In this document: piece after piece, positions 45,201 to 53,961 of the stretch | Layout of the letters: each line of letters opens with the position of its first letter | How positions within the stretch are numbered: position 1 is the stretch's first letter | IMG/VR virus record: IMGVR_UViG_3300030329_001268 | Location: 1-55,698 of that record | Reading direction: 5' to 3' (one strand) | DNA from: a virus | Lineage: Duplodnaviria > Caudoviricetes | DNA: 55,698 nt | Position numbers and translations under genes: made by a program | Notes under the pieces: model-generated | The model's database searches: none | The model's input: only the letters and a program-made list of their open reading frames with translations | What the model was told of the DNA's origin: nothing

Positions 45201-47390
45201 ATAATAATTTAATTGTGTAATTAATTCTTCTTTTCTTAGTTCTTTTCTTTTTGCCAAATCTCTCGAAATAAAATCAGGTTCTATTACATCTAAGTAAGGA
45301 GTTCCTATCCAAGGAGCATCATCTCCTTTCATTCTAGCAACTAAACTGTCAATACTTTTTTCAAGATTTACTACATGTCGTTCTGCGTTGCTTTGCCATG
45401 CTCTTTTTACTCTGTTAGTTTCTTGTATTAAGTCAAATAGTTTTGGAGTATAGTTTCCTCTTGACCTAAATATTTGTCCTCCTACCCATTGATAAGCATT
45501 TCTTTTCATTACATTATTCCAAGCACCCCAATCTTCTTTACCAAGACCTGCCATTTGCCAACCATGTCTTAACTCTTCAGGATCTTCAACAAACTTTTTA
45601 GGATCAGGCTTTCCTTTTTCTTTTTCTGCTCCAAACAAATCCATTTGTTTTTGTTCATCAGGAGTCTTTGCCAGTTGTTTTTCACCATACACAGTTTTAG
45701 CACTTACATGTGTGTTATATTCTGCAAGTAATTCAGGGTTTTCTTTTATTGATTCTCTGAAACCACGTAGTCTTTTCATTACTGCATCTTTTGCAGGTTT
45801 TAATCCTTTCTCCCATCCTGGCTGAATCGTTGTTTTATAAACTCCAAGTCCTAATAAATTTAATAAAGAACCTTCTACTAAGACACCTACTCTTGCTTCA
45901 AGTTGTGGCGAATCTTCTTGTGCAGCTAGGTATTGCATAAGATCATTTTTTTGTTCTTCGTCTGCGTATGCTCCTATCATATTAAATAGGCGGTCTTCTC
46001 TATATATATCCCAACCTGTTTGTTCTCCTAAAAGTGCAGCCACATTTCCTTTCATCCATTTATAAGCCCTTTTTCCTTTCTCTGACTTAATCATTTTTTT
46101 ACCTACATCAGGAAGAGCCTTGTACCATCCTGCTATATTTGCTGCAAGAGAAGATACATCAGAAATCATTTCTCCTCCCCAATAAGTAGGCTTTTTTAAT
46201 CTTAAAGAACGAATACCATCTCGCATATAAGTTTCTACATTTTCTTCACCAAACAAAACTTTTCCCATTTCAATATTCATATCACTAAATATTTGTTTAG
46301 GAAGATAATCGTCTACACCTTTTTTCCCTTTGCTTATTTGTTCTCTTATGTATGGTGATAACTCTTCATAATCTGAACTAGAAACCATCTCGCTATACAA
46401 ATCCATACTACTTGTACTTGGACCATCTCTCATAAGTCTATTGTTTGAGTTACCTGCTGTATTAAAAACATGATCACCAACTCTGCGAGGATTGTCAAGT
46501 TGTGAAATATCTTCTTCTGCATCGTATCTTCTAAAACTTGTTGCAGCAAGTAAGTCTTTTATTGATTCTTTATCGTAACCATTTTCTCTTAATGTCAGTT
46601 CTAATTGTCCTGTATTCATAGCAAGAGCAATAGCATCATATCCCATTTGTAATTGTTCTTCAGATATTTCTTCAAACACTCTGCCATCTTTTGTTACAGG
46701 AGAATATTGATCTTTACCAAGTAAAAGACCAATAAAAGTATCTTCTTTTTGATTAAAATTTTGACCTTTTTCGTCAAACAAATCATTTTGTACTATGCCT
46801 AAACGATTTAATACAGAAGAAGCAACCAAGGCTCGACCAATCTTTCCTTCTCCTTCTGCTTCAGCCACGACAAGACGAGCCAACATTTCTTCATCAGAAA
46901 TTTGCCTGTCGTCAAATACAATGGTTTTTTCTTTGGATAGGGCTACCTTAGGAATAAAGGTTCCATCTTTCTGTGATTTTGAAAGAAAAGGCGCTGTTGT
47001 ATAAGCAGAAGCAAGAACCATATAAGGATCTACAGTCTTCCAATTGGGAACAAACAAATCTATCATGCTGTTAGAAAAATTAGCGGCAGCAGGACCAAGT
47101 GTTCTTGCGGTATTATCCCAAAAACCTACTTTTTCTTTTTGAACTACACTTTCTTTAGGAGCAGAAAGTTCTATATCTTGTACCAACTCATTTACAAATT
47201 CTTCATCTTGAGATGAGGCAGTTTCTAAACCTAAAAATTTTTTGTAGCCATTTAAATCTCCATGTTCTTTATCTATATCATTTTTGTATTGAGAATAATA
47301 TTGATCTACAAGATCATGATCATTTATATCTTTAAGTTGAGGATACTTTTTTTTGTATTCTTGTATGTTTGTCAACAAAGAATCAGTCAT
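39198..47390 (-). CDS. Giant internal virion (ejection) protein with a SleB/Hydrolase_2-like cell-wall hydrolase domain
   Basis: 2730 aa. LARLVVAEAEGE...ALVASSVLNR...QYSPV...GDHVF near the N-terminus. TH.RN, TIPNY and GNFFSFPAE in the central helical region. Confidence 0.8.
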   Translation of the reverse strand: MTDSLLTNIQEYKKKYPQLKDINDHDLVDQYYSQYKNDIDKEHGDLNGYKKFLGLETASSQDEEFVNELVQDIELSAPKESVVQKEKVGFWDNTARTLGPAAANFSNSMIDLFVPNWKTVDPYMVLASAYTTAPFLSKSQKDGTFIPKVALSKEKTIVFDDRQISDEEMLARLVVAEAEGEGKIGRALVASSVLNRLGIVQNDLFDEKGQNFNQKEDTFIGLLLGKDQYSPVTKDGRVFEEISEEQLQMGYDAIALAMNTGQLELTLRENGYDKESIKDLLAATSFRRYDAEEDISQLDNPRRVGDHVFNTAGNSNNRLMRDGPSTSSMDLYSEMVSSSDYEELSPYIREQISKGKKGVDDYLPKQIFSDMNIEMGKVLFGEENVETYMRDGIRSLRLKKPTYWGGEMISDVSSLAANIAGWYKALPDVGKKMIKSEKGKRAYKWMKGNVAALLGEQTGWDIYREDRLFNMIGAYADEEQKNDLMQYLAAQEDSPQLEARVGVLVEGSLLNLLGLGVYKTTIQPGWEKGLKPAKDAVMKRLRGFRESIKENPELLAEYNTHVSAKTVYGEKQLAKTPDEQKQMDLFGAEKEKGKPDPKKFVEDPEELRHGWQMAGLGKEDWGAWNNVMKRNAYQWVGGQIFRSRGNYTPKLFDLIQETNRVKRAWQSNAERHVVNLEKSIDSLVARMKGDDAPWIGTPYLDVIEPDFISRDLAKRKELRKEELITQLNYYLDPDFAPYKVELKDLPKSLQKDALAIRNQQDELSKLYMQSEYVPDEVKEVIGSNLGKYLRRSWLKYSTGYKPPLEHILEAQTYFEKEIRKNISVDKDLNKRFLTLDGQKFEITKYQGKNVIELDGVRTPVDEAISKNAKATVEGIVGDKEAAENVFQYVEKIHGRLTGSMKARKDFPKEVQQLLGRTDDVRGNVFTSLTKLSDAIETDRFMTNAWELGKGIYFHSTRQPGMKQITDPKMGALTGKWTTKGVHRIFREQPRWKSNMMKAYGYYLQGKGYAQASKTVFNHITHLRNTMGGAMFMLANGMNPFSEENVDAFKFLVKENDAEKIARYERYHSLGIVNTSAKVGDYRALINDAEQFGIEGVTSRLTDSKLSKIPQQVQKLYIAEDDLFKIAAFEKEIKTLRSAYGPNYSQAAIDAEAAFKVRMTIPNYDLVPPGIKWLRKLPLGNFFSFPAEMVRTSYHALHIGAKEIMSDNPVIRRRGYQRMAGMTVSAGLGSEMLGGATQMMSGTDDNTDDAIRHLLEADYAKYTKRLYYRDSEGVLYVNNFSYVDPYDTIKEPIRVAAMELADGNKTEKEMQEIIGNAAYEGISRFLEPFASEALLTEAITDVRKAMAGSTEHGDKIDGWDSSEGGDLAEKSINNSQMAIYHVMKSFVPGAAPQLDKLFKSFSDDPVLASGQELDPTAELIANFTGLRWKKVTPQYVENSLVSKLSRYTSNNKEFKRQIGKNINKDTTELKFLEAYLKAEKNNYFNYQTLSLAHQGAINLYRDEFKSGMPIGKVNDILEMYMEDTGRITEEERASLNSNMYVPLGISDKMKERIVQELKFEHTTPQQFLRILVAYEDQFRKLPVIDDGRAPSLNMEKAMRAIRGKASDRLKKFEGGKISDTFPVSNVKIEPSEMINKYTGMPYEQEMERLGFAGAGVVVNPILKNLLKRQKETDFLDTADMDEIHGGTLSDLETKRILSEKRKGFIEDDRVKHIEGLTMKAATTLEGAPENLKGQALIDYVYSPKRKQAVSKTEKEWIDNIFYNKETDVSNMDKYEMLDLIKENQPQLKMTSLKETKAFEEPVFADVEGFDPSQRPTRPQIVDPIDGTDYSIIDSEDIIDTVINLRERVERSGVKKGIQGEVAENFNLSLDSKNFLIDLFYVKNKKGILEYIQEINLPKEFNSEQYIDEIGTKAATIDRLIADSQENLKLLNRGTAQSGDHQEAMMQLGGQQEMLNESMEGISEIFNLLQGSPGGKGAGFKIDDIPIEFYEKVYKDYMHDINDPYGELVIDNISRIRYAQNPNYRYNLQNTQDAMDAAHEESLIEAQKTLDNVYLFGNQERGFSLVDENKTGYSGPEEYAEFGSRNAVVEYIEDVNLQEAEVQLRQYVREWYPEEYGFQGSGGFEIIHKNEMTPGGSNYAETIVTIDNPQSLKGMIPPNHYTEILQEDSPYLYHILTNDRYLITGRQKGMEYEMAHAKFVDELQSDFWQKAETVGVLTQRDIRELDTVEKEVMEGIKEIMPIGGEVSEEWSSFSRAPWMHESDSGWSKWEKYIYLRYGLVYNERVKPGVNPTGPYITSDDETFAKRLMPEINQYHRLGFLLDAFNINDSMPLEKALKEIAAQEWNQLNRWTKPIKGEDLDGWFEAEQRGSGEIVDYDGDEIFEEWIKDETSSPMNAHKRASGRFDNIVENLTSLGIETVGGFKKKISSKTNKIVQKQLQYTDILEGDNSAGAKYAYLPFSNDEWIAKGIQTAIEMALNEGQQYVVFNRGSNIAARWGKDYFMTDEFIIRRTPPEAKKALVEQNYSAKDFTIMARDSVTGEAYVPNSLEKISTGQAFDYIEIVDALEAFKEQGNSSRYLTRKTAELFSQIQEDLGFKEMKDFLNHIKSLEPDVNHSMPLKEKRVYGDGKFQGLLYDVKIPRIARKIANRMGANVTRKHFDPEDELFNPEFYQPDEGYFTIEFTDTAVKNVEEKGTGTVFKWNQGGFVNILQQRRQKYLGGHTLRNKIQKRLTA

Positions 47391-47408
47391 ATTTTAAAAC
47401 CTTTTAAT

Positions 47409-48770
47409 TTAGTTTTTTGGTAAATTTCCGGGATACACAACAGATTGAGGAAGGTTCTGTTTTCCTTCAATAATAGACTCTACAAACTGTTCTCTAGTCA
47501 TATCAGATGCAATGCCTAATAGTTCTAGTTCTCCAACACTATTATAAATATTCCATAAACTAGTATAATATTCTTCTGATTCTCTTTTGTCAGTAAAATC
47601 CCATGTTTTCTTTTTCGCTAACTCGGCAGCTCTATCAAAAAGATAGTCTTGTACTTTTGCTTGATAACTATTGTCTTCTTCTTTTCGTTGTAAAAAATCA
47701 GCGTTTGCTGCAGTTTCAGTCCATAACTCTTCTAGTACTTGAGCATTTTTAGTTTCTGACTCATTCCAAGCAGTGTAAAATGCTTCTTGTCCTTCAGGAG
47801 TAAAGACAGTTGATACTGCTTCAAACATGTCAACTGTAAAAGTAATAGGAAGTTTTCCTTTTCCAACTGGAGTAATTTCAGGTGTATCATCAACAGAACC
47901 ATCTGCATATTCTATACGCTTTCTATAACTTTGCATTGTTACTTTTTGTCCAGTTTCTTGATCTATCTTGTCAAAATATTCAATATTACTAAAAGTTGTT
48001 TTTACTATTTTTTTGTCGGTCTTTGCAATTTTTGTAGCAAGTTCTTGATCTCCTGATCCACCATCTTCTAAAGCAACTTGTAAAGCAGCTTTAAAAGATC
48101 TCATGTCATCAAAAACTTTTCCTTCTAAGTTTTCTAACGTAATTTCTTTTCCTTTTTGATCTGCTACATCATTGCCTAAAATACGACTTCCTACTCTTTT
48201 AAGTTTTTGCCATCCATACTGTGCTATGTTTTGAGGAACGTCATAGTCTTTTTCTATCCTTGCTTTTAAATCTTCCATAGTAAGACCTGAAATACCTCTT
48301 GCAGATTCAACAAGATTCATCCATTCTATTTTTTCCATTTCTGCATTTTTTTTAGCCTGTTCCATGATCCACGCAGAAGCAGTTCCCATAGTACTCTTTC
48401 CTTGTCTTTCAAATGCTGTTGCAAGTTTATTATATTCTTGATCATAAAAATGTTCATCATAAGATTTTCCTGAATCTACAATGGCTTGGTTTTGTTGTAT
48501 AACACTTTTAGAATTATCTAATACAGTCTGCATATTTCCATATGTTGTTGTATTTGAATTATGAAAATCATTTACTACACCATCTAAAAGCCAACCACCT
48601 ACTTCTCCTATAATCATCGCTTTTGTTAATTTGTCTTCTCTATCTTCTTTACGTTTCATTAATTCTTCTGAACGTTTTACTTGTCTATCTAAAAGAGCGA
48701 CACCAAAAGATGATGATGTGCCAGGACCAGATCCTTGTACTCCGCTATAACTATTATTTCCGTTTGCCAT
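47409..48770 (-). CDS. Putative internal virion protein
   Basis: 453 aa, helical and charged; lies in the ejection gene block. Confidence 0.6.
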   Translation of the reverse strand: MANGNNSYSGVQGSGPGTSSSFGVALLDRQVKRSEELMKRKEDREDKLTKAMIIGEVGGWLLDGVVNDFHNSNTTTYGNMQTVLDNSKSVIQQNQAIVDSGKSYDEHFYDQEYNKLATAFERQGKSTMGTASAWIMEQAKKNAEMEKIEWMNLVESARGISGLTMEDLKARIEKDYDVPQNIAQYGWQKLKRVGSRILGNDVADQKGKEITLENLEGKVFDDMRSFKAALQVALEDGGSGDQELATKIAKTDKKIVKTTFSNIEYFDKIDQETGQKVTMQSYRKRIEYADGSVDDTPEITPVGKGKLPITFTVDMFEAVSTVFTPEGQEAFYTAWNESETKNAQVLEELWTETAANADFLQRKEEDNSYQAKVQDYLFDRAAELAKKKTWDFTDKRESEEYYTSLWNIYNSVGELELLGIASDMTREQFVESIIEGKQNLPQSVVYPGNLPKN

Positions 48771-48771
48771 T

Positions 48772-49386
48772 TTATCCTCTACCTAATAAACTATTACTTT
48801 CTTCTGATGGTTTTGGTTTTGCCATCAAACTAACTTCTTCAGGTACTTCAAAAGTTTCTATTTTTTGTGCCAATTCAGCAGGAATACTAGCGTCTGTAAT
48901 ATTTCCTGAAGCCTTTTTTTGTACCGCTTCTTCAAGACTATTAAGATCATTAGCAGATTTTGAAAGCATTTCTTCTGCATCTTCTTCTTCAAAGTCTTGA
49001 TCCTCTCCTCTATATATAGTATATTGAACACCTGCTTTTTCGCAAAGAGCCATAATCATATACATTAAAGGTTCAACAAGAATAAGAACCATATCAGGAT
49101 TCCATTTACCTTCTGTAAATCCTACATACAATAATTGCTGTACAATATCTGAAATAGGTACACCATCATTGACAGAACTTACTATACTTATATATGTATC
49201 TTCTTGTAAAAGACCTTGTAGTATATAATCTAATGCTTCTTGCATATCCGTAAATTCAGGCGGGCCTTCAAAAGGTTGTGGATTTTCAGGATCATTCATT
49301 AATGATTCACCAGGAATAGGTCTTTGCATTCTTCCTAATGCTTCTAATCCTGCTTCTTCGTACTGTACGTTTTGTTCAATTGCCAT
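48772..49386 (-). CDS. Hypothetical structural-region protein
   Basis: 204 aa with RPIPGESL, P.EGPPEF and GF.EGKWNPD; GGAG RBS. Confidence 0.7.
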   Translation of the reverse strand: MAIEQNVQYEEAGLEALGRMQRPIPGESLMNDPENPQPFEGPPEFTDMQEALDYILQGLLQEDTYISIVSSVNDGVPISDIVQQLLYVGFTEGKWNPDMVLILVEPLMYMIMALCEKAGVQYTIYRGEDQDFEEEDAEEMLSKSANDLNSLEEAVQKKASGNITDASIPAELAQKIETFEVPEEVSLMAKPKPSEESNSLLGRG

Positions 49387-49395
49387 ATATTACTC

Positions 49396-50523
49396 CTATC
49401 CTAAAAATGTATTGCTAGGCACGTAGTTTCTAGTCATTCTAGGCGCTGCTTGTTCAGAGATAACTCCTGGCTCTACCCAAAAAGGTGTATACCTCTGATT
49501 TAAATACGCATGAAAATCTTCAAATCCGCTAAAGACTTGTGCTGACTGAGCATCCATATGAGAACCTCCATATCCGTATCCTTCTGACCTTACATCATTG
49601 TTAGTTCCTGTTGGACCAATAATACTTTCTAATTGAACTCCGTCTGAAGTATAGTATTGACCTACTGTTCCTCCATAAATAGTAGTAAATTCAGGATCTT
49701 CTCTTACACCTGCTGCTTCTAAAAGTTCATTTTTTACAAATTCACCAGGAACTTCTTTTCCTTTCTCTAAAATTTGTTCTTTTTGGTCTTCATAAATTTC
49801 TAATGCTTTATCTTTAAGAGATTTTTCTTCTGTAACAACTGTTTCGGTGTCTACTTCTTCTCGAGGTATATTGTCCGTTGCGTCAGGAGTTTGTGCTGTT
49901 TCTTCTGTAACATTTTCATTTTCTACTGTGCCTGTAGTTACTTCTGTAGTTTCAGGATAAGCCTTTTTCCATGCATCAGATTCTAATAAACTTTTAGGTT
50001 TAAAATCGGCAGCTTTAAAGGCTTCTTGTACTTCAGGAGTCATTTGATCATACCAAAGTTTTTCTCCGTCTTTCATAACAAAGGATTGTCCTTCCAATGT
50101 TCCTTTCCATCCATCTGAAAGCCATCTACTTGTATCATCTTTTAAAGTGTTGAATCCTGAAAAAGGATCAGCAAAATCTGTTAAGCCAACTTTGTTTCCT
50201 ATCCATTTTAAAGATCCTGTGATTGCTTCAGTAACTCCTTTATAAACAGTACCTGCTGCTTTTCCTGCATGATAAATACCTCTCATTACATGACCAAATG
50301 CTTTACCTGCAACATTACTTCCTGCTGCCAGTCTCGTTGCAAACTTTCCGAGGCTTCCCCAAAAAGATGCAGCGTAAGGCATAAGGAACATCATGCCAAT
50401 ATGACCAAGCATTCCCATTTTACCAAAGAATTTACCTACCTTTTTGAAAAGTTTTTTTATTCCTTTGCCAATTTTTTTGACAACTTTTTTAAAACCTTTC
50501 CAAATTTTACTTAACAATCCCAT
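49396..50523 (-). CDS. Putative ejection/pilot protein with an amphipathic cationic N-terminus
   Basis: MGLLSKIWKGFKKVVKKIGKGIKKLFKKVGKFFGK, followed by a Gly/Ala hydrophobic segment. Confidence 0.65.
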   Translation of the reverse strand: MGLLSKIWKGFKKVVKKIGKGIKKLFKKVGKFFGKMGMLGHIGMMFLMPYAASFWGSLGKFATRLAAGSNVAGKAFGHVMRGIYHAGKAAGTVYKGVTEAITGSLKWIGNKVGLTDFADPFSGFNTLKDDTSRWLSDGWKGTLEGQSFVMKDGEKLWYDQMTPEVQEAFKAADFKPKSLLESDAWKKAYPETTEVTTGTVENENVTEETAQTPDATDNIPREEVDTETVVTEEKSLKDKALEIYEDQKEQILEKGKEVPGEFVKNELLEAAGVREDPEFTTIYGGTVGQYYTSDGVQLESIIGPTGTNNDVRSEGYGYGGSHMDAQSAQVFSGFEDFHAYLNQRYTPFWVEPGVISEQAAPRMTRNYVPSNTFLG

Positions 50524-50537
50524 TCTTATTTTCCTCC

Positions 50538-52598
50538 TTATCCAAAGAATCGTTTTACAAGTGCTTCAATAGTTCCTAGATTAGAACTCCAATTACTTGA
50601 TGCTTCACCTTCATTAGCAATTGCTGTTGCAAGTAATTGAGTTTTTCTAGTTTCTTCATTATCAGCCCATTTATTATCAAACGTTGCTTGATCTCTCATT
50701 TCTTGCCACAAAAATCCTAATGCCTGTGTGCTTAATCCAAAAGCGTTCATAGCATTTCTCATATTTGCTTCGTTGGCTGCAGCTGTATCAATCATATTTG
50801 ACTGCCTTCTCCATTGAACATTTGATTGTGCTACTGCTTGTGCATTGGCTTTGTTCCATTGTTCTCTATTAAAATCAACTTGATTATTATATTTATTAAT
50901 TTCTGTAACCATTGCAGCATTTGCTCTATTAAGGTCTGCTTCAATAGCAACTCTTCTTGCTTCTGCAGCGTTTTCTTGAGCAGCATTAAACTGTGCCATT
51001 GCAGTTTTTTGTTGAGCATTTGACAACTCTACCTGCTGTGCCATTGTAGCCATAAACTGCTGTGCTTGATTTGTTCCAATCATATTTGCATTTCGTGCTG
51101 CATTCTCAGCCGATTGGTTTGTAAGTAGTCGTTGTTGCTCAAGTTGAGCCTTTAGAACATGTCCTTGTTGTGCGTTACTTAAATTTTGCATATCCATACT
51201 TAAAAAAGACTGAGCATTTTGAGCAGCTAGTTTAGTATTAGCATCTAAGTTTGCCATATCTAAATTTGCCATGTTTGCTGCATTTTGTAAAACAGCAGTA
51301 TTTTCAGCACTAGTATCTGTTAATGATACAGTTTGTAAAAACTTACTATTAGATAATCTAGTCTGTTGTTCAGCACTAAAATTAGCCATGTCCATTTGAA
51401 AAACATTGTTAGCATTTGCTAATGCTGTTTGTTGTGCCATCTGAGCGTCTGCTTGTGCAGCTTGTGCTTCTATGCCTCTTTGATTAAAAACACTTTCTTT
51501 TATAGATTGAGCATTGCTTTGTGCTAAAGGAATTGCTGCAGTTATAAAACTATTTATTAAAGCATCTCTACCAACACTAGAGGCTTCTAATCCTCTTTTT
51601 GCTAACATATTATTAACTGCCGCTACAGCAGGTCTAGCAAATATAGGGATCTCTCCTTCTTCTACACCTTCTAATAACGTTGTTAATTGGTGAGAAACAA
51701 GCGCTTCTTCAGGAAGCCCTGCAATCATTCCTCGCTCTGCTTCTGTGTAATCTCCTACTTTATCTTCTAAAGCATCAGGATTGTTTCCAATATCTTGAAT
51801 TTGTTCTTCGGTTAATCCTGCTTTTCTTAGTTGTTTTTTAGCACGTAGCATTCTAGGAAGATTAGTACCTGCAACTTTTGCTGCTGTTGCTTTGGCTTGA
51901 GGACTAACAGTACCAGTAACTATTTGAGATAATGCCTGAGATGCTTGGTCTTGATCAACACTAATTCCTTGAGCCGAAAGACTTAGACTTGCTTCTTGAA
52001 CTTCGGCTACTGCTTCATCGCTTAATGTTCCTTCTTTTCCTTTAATAAAAGGACTGTCAGCAACTTTAGCAGCTGTCATTGTTGCTACAGGTCTGTCTTT
52101 TCCTCTTCTAGCAGCGGATGCTTTACCTGTTGCTACTGTTTCTTCGTCAGGTTGTACTATTTTTTCTGCTGTCGCATCACCTGGATCTACCATCTGCCTT
52201 GCTGAACCCGCAATGGCTTTGTTCGTCTTTGCTGTTTTTATTTTAGCAGAATCAGGAAGTTCTCCTGTTAATGCAGAAGATACTTTTTCTCTAACTGATG
52301 TTGCGCTTTCATCTGTAATATCTGCATATTGTCCGCTTCCTTGTCCTCCGGGTGTCCATTCATATCCTGTCTTAGCAGGATCATAATTAGGAACACCTGG
52401 GGTAGAAGGAGTATTAGGACTGTTAGGATCGTTAGGATCAGGGTTATTTGCATGATATGTATTGTATGCTTCCAGTGCAAACTCAAATTCATCTTGCGAT
52501 GAAAAATCTCTTCTATATGGTCTTACACCATGCCAAAGCCTGACTCTTCCGCCCTTTCTGTAATCTTCTCTAACTACTGTATTTCTTTTACGTGTCAT
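50538..52598 (-). CDS. Putative ejection protein with an A/Q/N-rich coiled coil
   Basis: 686 aa. LAKRGL..SS motif and a long QxNA-type helical region. Confidence 0.65.
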   Translation of the reverse strand: MTRKRNTVVREDYRKGGRVRLWHGVRPYRRDFSSQDEFEFALEAYNTYHANNPDPNDPNSPNTPSTPGVPNYDPAKTGYEWTPGGQGSGQYADITDESATSVREKVSSALTGELPDSAKIKTAKTNKAIAGSARQMVDPGDATAEKIVQPDEETVATGKASAARRGKDRPVATMTAAKVADSPFIKGKEGTLSDEAVAEVQEASLSLSAQGISVDQDQASQALSQIVTGTVSPQAKATAAKVAGTNLPRMLRAKKQLRKAGLTEEQIQDIGNNPDALEDKVGDYTEAERGMIAGLPEEALVSHQLTTLLEGVEEGEIPIFARPAVAAVNNMLAKRGLEASSVGRDALINSFITAAIPLAQSNAQSIKESVFNQRGIEAQAAQADAQMAQQTALANANNVFQMDMANFSAEQQTRLSNSKFLQTVSLTDTSAENTAVLQNAANMANLDMANLDANTKLAAQNAQSFLSMDMQNLSNAQQGHVLKAQLEQQRLLTNQSAENAARNANMIGTNQAQQFMATMAQQVELSNAQQKTAMAQFNAAQENAAEARRVAIEADLNRANAAMVTEINKYNNQVDFNREQWNKANAQAVAQSNVQWRRQSNMIDTAAANEANMRNAMNAFGLSTQALGFLWQEMRDQATFDNKWADNEETRKTQLLATAIANEGEASSNWSSNLGTIEALVKRFFG

Positions 52599-52609
52599 TG
52601 TTTTTCCTA

Positions 52610-52852
52610 TTATTTAACCTCAAATAGTTTATCAAGTTTATCTTCTAATTTATTTAACATACGAACTAATCGATCCATGTTTGTTTCTAATTCTTCTTTT
52701 GTTACATAATCTCTTGCAACTTCTTCTCTAGTTTTATTTAAAAGAACATCTATTCTTTTATTCTCATTAGCATTTTCTCTCATCCCATATATTATAGGCG
52801 CTAATACTAACGTTATAAAAGCGATCCAAATTTCCATTGCTTGTAATTCCAT
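52610..52852 (-). CDS. Small TM plus coiled-coil protein
   Basis: N-terminal TM; LLNKTREEVARDYVTK and KLEDKLDKL. Confidence 0.7.
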   Translation of the reverse strand: MELQAMEIWIAFITLVLAPIIYGMRENANENKRIDVLLNKTREEVARDYVTKEELETNMDRLVRMLNKLEDKLDKLFEVK

Positions 52853-52854
52853 TT

Positions 52855-53412
52855 CTAGTTTCCAAATTCTTTTTTAAATTCTAAATTATAAGCATTCTGA
52901 CGTTTAGTAAAATAATCAGGATCTGCTTCTTTTCCTTCTACAAAGTTTTTTACTTCGTTATTTGTTTTTTTCCAAACTTTATAATAATCAGTTTTTCTAA
53001 GTTTAGATGCATATTTAAATGTTTTTTCGTGGTTCTGCATAAAGAAAATAATATATTCACCATTTGTTATATCTGTATTTCCTACTACTTCACTCCATTC
53101 AGGATGATCTTCTACAAAAACTAATCCTCTTTCTTCTGCAAGTTTTTGTGTTTTTCGTGCTACTTTAAAAGTTTCTTGTATGCTCCATCTATCTTTTTCA
53201 AAAATAAGTAAAGTTATATCGTGTTTACTTAGATCCATTTCTTTAACACAAATTGCAATATCTTCATCGGGCCTATCATTATTAAACTCTATAATGTTTA
53301 ATCTTTTAGAAATTCTTGCTTCTTTAGCATATGGACAAACAGGTAAATTTCCAAAATCAATATTAGGTTTTTCTACAAAATTTTTGATCCATAGATCAAT
53401 TGCATGTTTCAT
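52855..53412 (-). CDS. DUF1415-like protein
   Basis: WI..FVE.PN...NLPVCPYA and DHP motifs. Confidence 0.55.
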   Translation of the reverse strand: MKHAIDLWIKNFVEKPNIDFGNLPVCPYAKEARISKRLNIIEFNNDRPDEDIAICVKEMDLSKHDITLLIFEKDRWSIQETFKVARKTQKLAEERGLVFVEDHPEWSEVVGNTDITNGEYIIFFMQNHEKTFKYASKLRKTDYYKVWKKTNNEVKNFVEGKEADPDYFTKRQNAYNLEFKKEFGN

Positions 53413-53960
53413 TAAACAATTACCGAGATAACTAATTTTTTATACGTCTGTCCGTAATGGTCTTCTATTGTTTCAGGAGTTGTATACGTTATCCATCCCT
53501 CATTAACTGATTTATCCCATGCTGCTTCCATTCCTGATCCTTCAAAAGTCCATGTTGAAAAAGTTGTTTCATCAGGAGCAAGACTTTTAAAAAAAGCATC
53601 TAACTTTTGATGGTACTCTGCTGTGTAACTCCAACCTTGGCTTCCACTTGCATCTTGTCGCATAAGATCCATCATGTGACAATACATTCCATTTTTCTCA
53701 CGTATTGCATAATTATAATTTACAATCCGACCATCTATATCTATTTTAAAAATAATAGATCCTGTACTTGAATCTTCATACCTGGCTCTTAATGCTTCAA
53801 ACTTTTCATCATTAGTACTAGAAACAGTTAATTCAAATTCTTCCCATACAATATTCGGAATAGGACTAGCATCTAAATAAGGTAAAGATTTATCAAAACA
53901 ATCTCTTAAAATAGCCTGATCTATATCACTATAATTAATTTGTGTTACAGTCATTGTCAT
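53412..53960 (-). CDS. Hypothetical protein
   Basis: ATG at 53960 follows GGAGG and lies 1 nt after the upstream stop. Preferred over 53987. Confidence 0.7.
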   Translation of the reverse strand: MTMTVTQINYSDIDQAILRDCFDKSLPYLDASPIPNIVWEEFELTVSSTNDEKFEALRARYEDSSTGSIIFKIDIDGRIVNYNYAIREKNGMYCHMMDLMRQDASGSQGWSYTAEYHQKLDAFFKSLAPDETTFSTWTFEGSGMEAAWDKSVNEGWITYTTPETIEDHYGQTYKKLVISVIV

Positions 53961-53961
53961 T

